54,786 nucleotides of DNA. Source: an uncultured virus (IMG/VR IMGVR_UViG_3300034062_004993). Taxonomy: Duplodnaviria; Heunggongvirae; Uroviricota; Caudoviricetes. Positions within the stretch are counted from its first letter, which is position 1. Every line of letters begins with the position of its first letter. The translations under genes were made by a program, and so were the position numbers. This document shows positions 42,441 through 54,691 of the stretch, one piece after another. Location of the stretch: the IMG/VR virus record IMGVR_UViG_3300034062_004993, one strand, 5' to 3'. The notes beneath the pieces are model-generated. The model was not told the DNA's origin. It worked only from the letters and a program-made list of their open reading frames with translations, and did no database searches.

Positions 42441-43628
42441 TCACGACTTCTTGGTTGGGATTAGCACCGTTGCGTTATCGTCTTTCACGAGTTCCCAGTT
42501 GTAAGTGGGTGAAAGGTAGAACGAGCGTTTATCTAGTTCCTGATTGTCTGAATTTCTGATTTGTATAAAATCATTCTTAAGTCCCAAAGATTTACAAACA
42601 TCCGCTGAAACAACTCTTTGCCCGGGTTTATTGGCGTGCTCAGAGAAGTCAAAATACTTGCTATCCTCAGGGAAGCAGTTGGGGTGGTTCTTCTTGATTT
42701 TTGGTTTCCATCCTCCACAAGCCATATCGTGCAGTCCACGGATGGCTTCTACAGTAGTAGTTCCATCCAACTTGAAGTGTTCTGTAAGGTATTCCTTTTG
42801 TGGGGTAGTGGCTGCGTTGTAGTACTCGTTGAGTAACTCACGGGAGATTCGAATTGATTTTGACATGGTTGTTTGGGTTGGGTTTGTGATTTGACGGAAT
42901 TGTTCAAGGGAGATTTCTACAAATTGAGGATAATCGGCAATACAATTTTTGATGTCTCCAGCATAGTACTTGCTTTCGTCCTTCGGATGCTCGGACATTA
43001 GAGTGTATCCAACCTGAAAATGGAAATCTGTGTCTGCATTTTCCTCCCACCATGCTTTGAGTTCTTTAAAGTTTTCTTCCGTGGCTTCAATGCACCAGTG
43101 TTCAGGGTGTTTCATGGGTTGTGAGTTTGTGATTTCACGGAATTGTTCGAGGGTGATTTCTTGGTAGTGACATTTTAGAAAGTTTCCAAAGTCCGAAAAA
43201 AAGTAAGTACCGTCGTATGGGTGTTCAGACACAAGGAATGAGCCTGGTACAAACTTGTCGTCCCATTTTGACGCTTTACTCGTTCTTTTGCTCAACCTCC
43301 AACGATTGAGTTCTGCGTGGTTTTCTTTGGTTACGGGGATGTACCATTTTTCGGGGTGTTTCATAGGTTTTGGGTTTGTGATTTCACGGAATTGTTCAAG
43401 GGTTATTTTTTGGTAGGATGGATACCTTGCGGTAAAACCTTTTTCGGAGCCACACCAATAATAACTTGAGTCTGTTGGGTGCTCTGAAAGTAGGAAGGCG
43501 CCTTCTCTTAGGCGGGTGTCTGGGTCCTTTGTCCATCTGCTTTTTAAGGCTTGCTTTCGCCACCACGTTTGGAGTTCTGCGCGGTTCTCTTGGGTAACAG
43601 GTATGTACCATTTTTTTAGGTGTGTCAT
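42441..43628 (-). CDS. Protein with three tandem ~85-aa repeats
   Basis: KWYIPVT.EN..EL..W..SEHP.D..ITLEQFREITN x3. Confidence 0.8.
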   Translation of the reverse strand: MTHLKKWYIPVTQENRAELQTWWRKQALKSRWTKDPDTRLREGAFLLSEHPTDSSYYWCGSEKGFTARYPSYQKITLEQFREITNPKPMKHPEKWYIPVTKENHAELNRWRLSKRTSKASKWDDKFVPGSFLVSEHPYDGTYFFSDFGNFLKCHYQEITLEQFREITNSQPMKHPEHWCIEATEENFKELKAWWEENADTDFHFQVGYTLMSEHPKDESKYYAGDIKNCIADYPQFVEISLEQFRQITNPTQTTMSKSIRISRELLNEYYNAATTPQKEYLTEHFKLDGTTTVEAIRGLHDMACGGWKPKIKKNHPNCFPEDSKYFDFSEHANKPGQRVVSADVCKSLGLKNDFIQIRNSDNQELDKRSFYLSPTYNWELVKDDNATVLIPTKKS

Positions 43629-43647
43629 TCGTTTTTTAGTTTTATAT

Positions 43648-45482
43648 TCAAAAAGGATTGGTGATTTGACGTGTTAGAATTTTTGAATCTTTTTCTGGAC
43701 GAGATTCGATGTCCAATGAAATGGACTTGCCGTAGCATTTAGCAACGATGATGTCATCGCCGTAGCTGTCTTTTTCAACGGCAAACCTTACAAACCCAGC
43801 GCCTTCGCATTTTTCATTATAACCAACCATGTCTTTGTGTTGGATTGCCGCGGAAAAGATGATTCCACTCCCTTCAACGATTACGTATTTTGCTTCGTAC
43901 ATTTTTATATACTATTTAACTCCAACCATCAAAGTATATACATCACATTCCATCAACCTAAACATATCTTTAGGGAACACACTTTTCAAATCGGTAGTAT
44001 CAAAGTACTCATTTTCGTAAATGGGTAATGATAGTTTGGTGTCTTTACGCATGGTGTGTCTTTCGACCCACTCATTAACATCGACTACCAACATGTAATT
44101 TCCGTTTCTTAACATAGCTTTTATTTTTAATATGATTAAATATACGAACGAATTTTATGGTGTTAAGATTGAAATGATCAAAACTAACAAGATTGAATAA
44201 AGTATAAAAGTTATACCAAACCCTACTATAATTCCATCAAAATATGTTTTTTCTTTTTTCATGTTTTGTTATTTTATTAAACTTTAAATTTCCAATTCGC
44301 CAACCACCACTTATTATAGGCAAGGGTGGTGATATATACCAACCCAAATAATGCCAATACGGTAATGGTTTTCAATACTACAATATAGATTGCGAGTAAA
44401 TTGAGGATATCTGATAGAATTTCCATATTATTTACAGTTTTGTTCTTTGGTGGAGTAAAGGTTGACAAGATAATTAAACTTTTCAACAGCCTCAAATACC
44501 GAGCAGGTAACTGCTTTAAGGAGCATGGATGATTTTAGTTCGCTGAACATAATGGTATCATTTGATAGTTCAATCGAGAGGTTCAATTTTGGGAAGGTTT
44601 TTTTCATACTGTTTGTTTTTTTAACTTACATAGTAAAGATAAGGATAAAACCCCATATTTCCAAGCTTTCAATATTAAATTTGCGTTAAGTTTTTCTCAA
44701 TAATGAGACGAACCCGTTCCCTATCAACGGAATCAAATTCAATGTCGCTTAATGGTATGCTTTCCAAATACTCATTACAGGCGGCAATAATCCCCTTTTT
44801 TGTAGTAAGTGGGTAAATACCATTACGCAACTCATAAAAAGTTATACAATATTTGTAAAACTCTTTGATTAAAACTGAATATTTTTTCATATCTCTTTTT
44901 GTTACATAATAAAGATACTACAAAAACCCCATATTTCCAAGCTTTTTCCCCAAAAGTTATCCACATTTTACAAAAAAAAAGTGTCCAATTTAGTGGACAG
45001 TTCTTATTGACCTTGGGTTTGCAAATCTATAATCCCCAAAGCCTCACTTATAACGGAAACAATTCGATATGGAATTATTTTATTTATTATCTACTCAAAA
45101 ATGATAGTTGAACTTCTTTTAAAAGTTTCCTACCCAATTTTTTATCATTACGAAAGGTATATTTGTTTTTTACACTCATAAGTGTATTAGCCCTCACCAA
45201 CTTTTCGATTTCAGTTTCGTTATAGCCAATACTTTCCCATGTCGCAATTAATTTACTTTCAACCCTCTGAAGTTGTTCACTAATATCATTTTCGATATGA
45301 GATTGGTTTATCTTAAAAAAGATATTACCACGTCTTATTTTATCCCGAAAAGAATTACCCATCCCAAATATACAAAAGTTTTGGTAAATCTGCCTACGTT
45401 GGTTATAATCCATACCTACCATTTCTTTTTCCATAATTTCTAATGTTTCTTCGAAACTGTACCTTTTATTATTTGCACACAT
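43648..45482 (-). other. Small hypothetical CDS cluster
   Basis: 43648-43902, 43912-44115, 44675-44890, 45087-45482 and others. Confidence 0.5.
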
Positions 45483-45589
45483 AATTTTATTGTTTAATAT
45501 TTTTTATTTAGTTAGTTATTACAAATATACGAAGTAAATTTTGTTTTTCCAAATCCTTATAGAAAAATTTACTACTCATATTTGAGGAC

Positions 45590-48500
45590 GTTAGTCCCAA
45601 TTCATAGGAAGACAGTCATGAGAAGGTACATCATAGAATTTTTCACCTGTTTCAATATTTTGTAGTGTATAGTATCGTGTACCTATCCTATAAGGTGCAT
45701 AAGTTGACAAAATTTTATGAACCTTATGCCTATATCGTATTAAATCATCACTAACATCAGATATATGTAATTTTTCATTACTATTATCCAAGTTTTGTTC
45801 TAAATTTTTATCTTCTTCTGTATCACCATCTACCGTTCCTTGTAAAAAGGATAAGTATTTTATCTTTTCAATTTCTTTATCAGTATAAAACCTACCACTA
45901 ACACCAAATAAACCCAATAAAAGGTTTTGTGCTTGGTTTTCAGTTATCAGTTCTAACCTAAGTTTTTCTGCTATTTCTAAAATTTGTTCTTTCATATCTT
46001 TTACTGTGTTTATTTGTGAACCGTTAGCGGTAATACTAATAACCCAACAAATACATCTTTCTACCCCAAGCTTTTTTTGCTTCTTGTTCATTACCACCAT
46101 AAACAATCTGATACCAATCCACCCACATTTGAGGCTGGGCAACTGGATTTGGTTCAGATGAAGCACTACCGCTAACAGCAGGTTGCTTCAATGGCTTAGT
46201 TTCTTTCTTTTTTGACATTTTATCATTTATTTAAAGTTTGTAATCCTACACAAATACAACATACTGGTGGAATATAAGTGGATGTAAACTTCACAAATAA
46301 ACGAGTTAGTTGCAATTTTTCTTACACCACATAATCTTGCTGCCTTTTCGCAAATGAACTAATCGTAATTCATAACCTTTATCCATCATTTGTTGCATTT
46401 CTTCTAATTCTTTAAGTTCTACATCATTGAAAGAGCGTTCATTTACTCCATCCTTAATCTTAATGTAGTTCTTAGCAAAATCATAAAAACTGCAACTAAC
46501 ATCGTGTAGTGCTTGTTTAATTTCATCACTAATTTCTTCATCTGTTTTTTTAACATTTTTCTTTTTCATATTCTATATTTTTTAATTTGTAAAACAATAA
46601 TTTAACTAAACCTAACAAATGATAAACAACATTAAAACGATTGTTTATCATCGGACGTTATGTGTAATTTAATCAACTTTGTATTTCCTACCACCTAAGT
46701 GATGTTCGTGTATAAACTTTGATTTACATCTTGAACATTCATACTTACTATGATAATTACTTTTCCAAATCAAAGTTTTCTTATGTATTCCAATTAAACA
46801 CAATAAACTACACATAACATCAGATATATGTAATTTTTCATTACTCTTATCCAAGTTTTGTTCTAAATTTTTATATTTTTCCATCTTATTAATTTTTTAC
46901 CTTGTGTTCTATATATATTTCTCTGTACATCTTATATTGTTTCCCGTAAAAATCAACCAAGAAAAAATTCCAATTATCATTACCATTTCTACCTATTAAC
47001 ATTGCGTGTATATTTTGTAGTTTATAATACATCATAGCCACCTTACCATAATTGTCGGGATTATTTTTTAATTCATCAATCTCGTCCAATCTTTTTTCTA
47101 ATTCAGTTTTAGGTATAATCAACCTCATAAACTTTAAAAAATAATCCCTAATTTTTTCTTTTGTTTTCATAATTCAAAAATTAATACTAAAATATAACAA
47201 GGTATATGTGAAATACCTCATAAAGTTTCTACTAATTATTTAAGTTCTGTGGTAAGGTACTTCACATATACCCAACCGTTAGTGGTAATTTTAATCTTTG
47301 TATCTTCTCCATACCGCAGAACCATCAATACCATCTTTCCACATTCCTTCGTCATTTTCCTTAACAGTTTTGAAGAATTCTTTAACTAAATCCAACACTT
47401 CTTTTTTATCCATTTTTACACCTTCGTAATATACATCATCTCTTTGATTTCTGAAGAATTCTTCAAAACGATTAAAACTACCACTAACATCAGATATATG
47501 TAATTTTTTATTACTTTTATCTAAGTTTTGTTCTAATTTTTTATCTTCTTCCATTTTGTTGAATTTTATGTTAAAACTACATATATCTGAGTATCGTTAT
47601 AAACAATAAAAAACCTTAAAGTGGTGGTTCTAAATTGTCTTTTATCTTATCATAAGATTCTTTAATCGCTTCGGATAATACTTGTTCGATAGGTTTTTTA
47701 CTATTTATAACAACGGATATATGAAATAAAAAATTAATAGATTCTACAAACTTTCTAATTTCTTCTTCTGATTTACATTCTCGTTGAACAACACAAAATT
47801 CACCCCTAACTACTTTACAAGTTTGGGTTTCTATGTTGTAATAAAGTATTGGTAATCTACAAGGGTTTCCACATATCTCTGTATCTTCTTCACCTAAAAC
47901 CCAAACTTGTTTTCCAGTGAATACATCAAGTATCTCACTAAAACCTAATTCTGTTAAATTTTGTGTTGTTATCATCGTTCTGATTATTAATTTTTTACAT
48001 TCATATATCCGCAGCCGTTATGTGTAATTTATTCAAAAATAATCACGTTTAAGTTGTTCCTCTTTAATTAGAATCTCCCTTTGTTCTTTCATTTGACCAA
48101 TTACTTCATCGAAATTTTTACTCATTTGTCTTTCAAACTGATTTTCATTTTGGTAATCTAATGACACTTCGTGTTTAACATCAAATCCGTTTTCTCGTAA
48201 AAATTTCTTCAATAAGAAAATTAAACGTGATTTTCCACTCATTGCTCTACCAGATACGGTAATAATTAATTTTTCCTTTTCCATTTTATATTTGTTTTGA
48301 GTTTAATATAATTAAATATAAGAAATAAATTTTGATTTTCCAAATTTTTTATCAGGTTAACTTAAACCTACACAAATACAACATACTGGTGGGATATAAG
48401 TGGGTGTAAACTTCACAAATAAACGAGTTATAAGTAATATTATTTTTTAATTGGTTTCTTCTTGTTCTTTTTAGGTTTTTTACATTCATCAAGTTTAGTC

Positions 48501-50608
48501 CCAGCCACATATTCAGCCATTTCGGGTTCATTATTAAGAAACCAATTTATTCGGTTTATTTTTTGTTCTTGTGTTAATTCTATATTCATTTTTATTAAAT
48601 TTATTTTGTTAAAAAAATAATACATACACATAACAAAGTGTATAAGTAATGTGGCTAATAAAGTTTATCTGTAAGTTATGTGTAATGTTACTCACCATTA
48701 TACTTAAATTCAAACAACTTTGGTTTTAATGTATTACCAATTGGTTGAACGATTGATAAATCACTTGATGTTTCTCCGTGAATAACTTTCATTAAACCAG
48801 GTATTCCATAATTCTCAAATGTTATTTCATACAAATCGCCAAAAAATGATGTATCATTATTACTAATTGTATGTGTTACTTCTATAACATACTTTTTTGT
48901 AGTTATCAATGATTGTTGTAAATTAATAAACCAAAGTTGTGTTCCACTTGGTATCACATACTTATCTCCAATTTTTACTTTTTTCATATTTCATTTCTTT
49001 AATTTTAACTTTTTAAAATTTGTGAGTTCATTACTCCATCAATATCCAAGAAAATAACTTTTTGCACAGGTTTTGGATTTAACTAATGGTTCTTTCAAAA
49101 ACAATGAGATAACCTCCTCTTAGATGACTGCCACCACCTGTTGATATATGTCGTGCTGTTACAGATACAATCAACCAACCATCTTCCAAGATTTTATCTA
49201 TTTTGTCTTGAACATCTTTGTAAGATTCATCATCAGGAGTCACCAATACTTTTTGTTCTTTAAGTGCTATCATATTATTTTTAATTTAATCGTTCAAAGA
49301 TATGACCTACAAACTCACCCCTCTGATACTGGTAGAGTATAAGTGGGTGTAAACTTCACAAATAAGCGAGTTAGCAGCAATGCTATGACTGCAAGCCAAC
49401 ACCATATCGTTTAAACCCATATTTCGTAAGTGTATAGTATTCTCCGTGTTCATTCACCCATTGATTAGGTCTTACTTCAATTAATCCTATTAGCCTTGCA
49501 AGTGCATCATATAAAGCACTGCTGCTAACATCGTATTGCTGAACATTGCCAGCTTCATCGGTAATTTCAACTTTTACTTTCATATCAATATTTATTTTTA
49601 TTAAACATTTGTCTTTCAATTTAACTTAATACTACACAAATACAACATACTGGTAGCGTATAAGTGGGTGCAAACTTCACAAATAAGCGAGTTAGCAGCC
49701 ATAATCAGAACAGACCGTTTCAAAGTCGTTCATAACAGCATCTAACAATTCCCATTTATCAGGATTACAACTTGTTGAACCTACCAGCAAAAATTGAATT
49801 GCTATATCGTGTTCAGTTGTATGTTGACCTTTTTCGGCAAATCTTAATCTTTCTGATTTAAGTGCCTCAATCAATTTTTGTTTTCTTTCTTCGTTCATAT
49901 TTTTAGTATTAAATTTTACAAAATTACGGCTGCTAACACACGTTTGGCGAAAGTGGCGGTTCAGTGCTCCGCAGACACATTTGTGGTTAATCAAACATTG
50001 GTTCTCCGCATCGGCTTTTGTGGTGAAAATCGCCACCTTCGCCGAGCGTGGGAACATTATGTGCAAGGCTACAATTCGTACTTTGAATAAAAGGCAACCT
50101 CACCATCATTTACCCATTGGTCAATTAAGTCGCTAACATCATTAATGTATTGTTCATTTTTACCTGCTAATTTAGTTGCTTTTAGATTTTCCCAAAATTC
50201 ACCACTAAATTCATCCATATTATTCATGTAGTGAACAACAATTTCAAGTTTCTCTTTTAAGTTTTCCATTTCGTATTTAAATTAAATTTTGTGGTTAATG
50301 AAAAGTCAGTGCATTTAAGCCTCCACTGACAGCAAGCGGCAAAACGTTAGTGATAATAAAAATTAAATCAATCCTTGTTTCTTTAACATATTTACGATTG
50401 CCTTTGCTGCTGCCTTAACTGAATCAGGGTCTGTTTCCATATCACCCTCTTTCATAGAATAAGGCACATATCGTAAATATACTTCACTATCAATTATATC
50501 TTTAATCATATCAATAAGTTCTTGCTCATTTTTACTATCACTAACATCAGATATATTCAAGTTTTCTTGATGTTCATTGAGACTTTGTATGTGTTTTAAA
50601 TCTTTCAT
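45590..50608. mobile_element. Integron-like cassette array, block 2
   Basis: attC-like palindromes 46611-46666, 47192-47287, 49928-50065; seven exact 10-nt GTT../..AAC core complements; repeated CTTCACAAATAA(A/G)CGAGTTA junction. Confidence 0.65.
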
Positions 50609-50894
50609 CTTCGTAAATTAGTTTTTAGCTAAACTAAGAATATAATCAGCATCATTTTGTGTTGATATTTTCCCCTTTATTAGTAATTTATCATAACCTG
50701 TATAAAGTTCCCATTTATCATCATACAACAAAACATAATGTTCTCCGTTTGATTTATAACCCCCAACATATGCCCCCTTTTTTAATACGATTAATTTTTT
50801 CATATTCATTTTTTTAACTTACATAGTAAAGATACAACAGAAAACCCATATTTCCAAGCTTTCAATATTAAATTATCGTTAAATTTATCCACAT

Positions 50895-51395
50895 TTATTT
50901 ACACACCAAATGCCTCTTTACCTTTTTCTTTACTACACCCCCCACAATAATATCATAATCCTTATTATCCATCACCCAGTCCAAATCAATCGTTGTAGCA
51001 TAGTACGAACCCGAAGATGAAGATTTCCAATCCCCCTTCAGTAAACTCGTCCACATAAAAAACCACTTTATCCCACCACCACTATCATCGTATGATACTA
51101 AAAGATAATCCGAAGCACGCTTTGAATACTCACCACCCCTCCAAATATGGGTAGTTTTTGAGGTCTTAATCTCCAATGGAATACCACCAACCACCAAATC
51201 CGGTTCGGAATCCAGACGGGGCGAAACGCATTGCGGAACAACTTTGGCAAACGAAGCCTCCAATATATTCGATATCAACTCCGATTTTAATTTCGTTGAT
51301 AGTGAATCGTAATCCACTAACCCCCTAAATGTATAAAACCGATTGGTGGCCTCCCCCACCACATCATTAATCCATAATCGTATCGTTTCGTTCAT
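50895..51395 (-). CDS. PD-(D/E)XK nuclease-like protein
   Basis: EPDLVV..PLEIKTS motif. Confidence 0.55.
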   Translation of the reverse strand: MNETIRLWINDVVGEATNRFYTFRGLVDYDSLSTKLKSELISNILEASFAKVVPQCVSPRLDSEPDLVVGGIPLEIKTSKTTHIWRGGEYSKRASDYLLVSYDDSGGGIKWFFMWTSLLKGDWKSSSSGSYYATTIDLDWVMDNKDYDIIVGGVVKKKVKRHLVCK

Positions 51396-52025
51396 TCTTT
51401 ACTAAATATTATTTGTTTTGATTATTATGAGTGCGATTATCATAGGTGCGCTTATCAAGGGAAAATAGTGCTTATCGTATGTTCAAGGGGAGAAGCTATG
51501 GTCGAAAACCTGACCTCTCGATGGGGATGAGTCCCCTCCCATAACACAACATAAATTATTTTCGTGCTTACACTAAAATGCCTGCCCCCCCCTGTCTTAT
51601 AACATAACCCTTCTCACTAACACCATTCGGATTTTTTTTACCAAACTAGCCTCCTTCAGGCCTACCACTTTTTGGGTTGTGTTATATTTGAGTTGAGCTA
51701 TATTTGGTTACAGCCCTTTCCACTTTTTGGAATTCGCAACTGCTCCCATCCTCATATACTCCATTCTACACCATTCCGTTGGTGATATATCGGATTGTGT
51801 GATACGCATGATATTTGGGTTGTGTTCTAACCCTAATACTTTTGGGTTACTATCTACAGGTTTATAGATAAAGTCATGTGGGGAGAATGCTTTTTTACTA
51901 TTTTGCGTTTTTTTGTTGAAAAGGTTTAACATAGGTGTTATTTTTTATTGCTGATATTTTTTTTGTTTATTTCATCCAAAATCCGGACTGCTTCATCCTC
52001 ATACACCCAACCGTTAGGCACAATA

Positions 52026-52331
52026 CTAAGACTGTACCCATTCACAATCAAATTCTTGACAAAGATTTATAAATGCTTGTTTTTCACTTCCACATTCGTT
52101 GATGTATTTTTCAGAAACACAACCAAAATCACCACCATTTCTTGTCCACTCAATACCATACTTAGTTCTTTCAATCCAACAAATGTGTTTCCCTCTTTTA
52201 TCAGCATCATCAATAAAACAGATAGGTTTCTGTTTGTCAAGAATTAAACTATAAAGTTGTTCGTAATCTTTAGATAATTTATACATACTATCGTATTGCT
52301 TCAAATCGCTTAATTTAATTTCGTTTTTCAT
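52026..52331 (-). CDS. Hypothetical protein
   Basis: ATG ~17 nt after element 11. Confidence 0.6.
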   Translation of the reverse strand: MKNEIKLSDLKQYDSMYKLSKDYEQLYSLILDKQKPICFIDDADKRGKHICWIERTKYGIEWTRNGGDFGCVSEKYINECGSEKQAFINLCQEFDCEWVQS

Positions 52332-52347
52332 ATTATTTAATTTTTTG

Positions 52348-52447
52348 CAGTCAGGACAGGATTCGAACCTGTATGTGGTAATCCTTTCAGATATTTCTCA
52401 CTTACGTTTTTGCCGTATTAGCGTCTAACCAATTCCGCCACCTGACT
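52348..52447 (-). repeat. tRNA-like variable-centre element, copy 11
   Basis: Identical to copy 6 over 99 nt. Confidence 0.92.
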
Positions 52448-52680
52448 AAAATTTGTTAAGGCCATTTTAAATCGGGTGACTTATTGTCATCTTGAAACTC
52501 CCAATAAGTATCACCAAGTATTTGATCCACCTCGTCTGATGTATTTTCAAATGCGTCAAAAATAACTTGCATCACTTCCTTTTCGGTTACATTTAGAATT
52601 TTAGCAATTCCAATAATGTGGTCTTCTAATGGTAAATCTCTCATTTCGTTTTAAAATTAATCCGGTTTATAATTGTTTTG

Positions 52681-52783
52681 CAGTCAGGACAGGATTCGAA
52701 CCTGCAAAGTATGGTGAGTTCATCCGTTGTACCCATACCTTTAACATTACTACTCAAGCGTCTAACCATTCCGCCACCTGACT
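52681..52783 (-). repeat. tRNA-like variable-centre element, copy 12
   Basis: Same flanks; GTATGG/CCATAC stem. Confidence 0.9.
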
Positions 52784-52838
52784 ATAAATGAAGGTTCCAT
52801 ACTTAGTCTTTGCGGGAAGTCACCTCCAACCCACCTCG

Positions 52839-52936
52839 TAGTCAGGACAGGATTCGAACCTGTAAGTACCGACTGGGCTTATTTCTGTTTTAAATGCATC
52901 GCCTGTCCAGTGCGTCTACCATAACGCCACCTGACT
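52839..52936 (-). repeat. tRNA-like variable-centre element, copy 13
   Basis: Same flanks; ACTGG/CCAGT stem with ~30-nt loop. Confidence 0.88.
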
Positions 52937-53826
52937 ATGTTTACTCTTTAATCAATTTTTTATACGCCTTATCAGTTCCAAGACCCATCATATCAATATT
53001 TTTTCCTTGGTCGTACCATTCAGTTTTAATCCAGTTGTCATCATGATACCAAGTTTCCCAACCATTTTCACGAAGTAATTTAGATTTTTCTTCGTAGTTT
53101 TCAATTTCGTGTTTTTGTTTTAATAGTGCCATGTATTTTATATTTGTAGTCAGTATTCGATTAACTTTTTACGTAATTCATCATTTCAACCATTTCACAA
53201 CAAATAAATGAAATAATTTTTAATAATGAACAAAGTTGAACTCGTCATTCAAATCAACAAAATATCCATTATCCTGTGCATTTTTAACTATTTCCATAAT
53301 ATCCTTTGTTTGTGCATACCATCTTTCATAAGAATTAATATCACCATTCAATACTTTATCTGTTCCTGGAATCATAACTGCCTCATCATTATCAATTGTG
53401 TTTGCAGTTTCTCCATCAATTAAAAATGCACAAATATCACCATCAGCATCAGTTAGTTTAACTAAATATGCATTCTTATTTTGTTGATTTTCATTCACTT
53501 TTTCGTTAAAATTAAGTATGGGTTTCATAGTCGTTTTTTATTTGTTTTGCTTTTAGTTGATTTGATTTGCAGTCAGGACAGGAATCGATTAACTTTTTAC
53601 GTAATTCATCATTTCCACCATTTTCTGAATCAACAATTCCATTTCATCTTTGTTAAGATACAACTTACCATTCAATGTTTTATCGTCCAACTCTTTTGTT
53701 TCAACTATAATGCCATCAAACTCATCTGTCGGATAAATGCTTACGTTTTGTTCTTCAGTTGCAATAACTGTTTTGTTCCAAACTTTGTTTTTCATTTGTT
53801 TTGTTTTTAATTTGTTAATTTGTTTG

Positions 53827-53906
53827 TAGTCAGTACAGGATTCGAACCCGTAATATCAGCTTGCTTATTAGGCTTGCTTCTGCGCTACCAATTCCGCCAC
53901 CTGACT
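53827..53906 (-). repeat. tRNA-like variable-centre element, copy 14 (shortest)
   Basis: Same flanks; 29-nt centre with no anticodon stem. Confidence 0.85.
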
Positions 53907-54062
53907 GTTTTGTTATTTTAAAGTTTGGATTATGCTCAGTATTCCACTAACTATTAACATTGAAATCAAAATATAACCCAATGTAAGTGGAATGGATATC
54001 CCCGGGTCAATCCAAAAATCATGCCAAATTGTTTTTAACTTATTTTTCATTTGTTTTTAATT

Positions 54063-54299
54063 TTAAAATCCCATTTCTCTTTGTAAATCGTACCTCTCCT
54101 TTTCCACCTCAGAATAAACATTAAGATTTAAATAAGTGTTGTGCCAAGAATTATGAATTAGGTTTTTAGCCTCTTCGGCATCCCATGCTTTACAAAACTC
54201 ATACTCTTCTTGAGTAAGAACTTCTTTGTTAAACATCAACTGATTAAAAAGTGCCAAATTTTGTACTGCCTGGTGTATTTCTTTCTGATTCATATCCAT
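54063..54299 (-). CDS. Hypothetical early protein
   Basis: Downstream of promoter module. Confidence 0.6.
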   Translation of the reverse strand: MDMNQKEIHQAVQNLALFNQLMFNKEVLTQEEYEFCKAWDAEEAKNLIHNSWHNTYLNLNVYSEVEKERYDLQREMGF

Positions 54300-54352
54300 T
54301 TCTTTATCTTACATAGTAAAGATAGGTATAAATCCCCATATTTCCAAGCTTT

Positions 54353-54691
54353 CTATATTAAATTTGCGTTAATTTTTAGTTCTTCAATTAGTTTTCCGTT
54401 TTTCCATAGATAGGTTTCGATGATGTTTCCTTGTTTATCAAACAACTCCTCAATTCCATCCTCCTTACCCTCTTTGAACGGAATTCTCATACGGATGTTT
54501 CCGTTTGGATAGAACCACTCAGCAATTCCATCTTCCTTACCACCTTTGAATGGGGTTCTATATTTGATGTTACCGTCCTCATAGAACACCTCCCAAATAC
54601 CTTCTTCTTGTCCTTTGGAATTCCGTTGTCCTTTGACATACACATTCCCGTTGGGGTGATATTCAATGTGGGGTGTGAGTTCGTTGGTCAT
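54353..54691 (-). CDS. MORN/YwqK-like repeat protein
   Basis: MTNELTPHIEYHPNGNV module. Confidence 0.8.
   Translation of the reverse strand: MTNELTPHIEYHPNGNVYVKGQRNSKGQEEGIWEVFYEDGNIKYRTPFKGGKEDGIAEWFYPNGNIRMRIPFKEGKEDGIEELFDKQGNIIETYLWKNGKLIEELKINANLI

Larger units (their letters stand above)
52456..53795 (-). other. Small hypothetical CDS alternating with tRNA-like elements (52456-52644, 52941-53132, 53220-53528, 53589-53795)
   Basis: ORF track. Confidence 0.6.
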
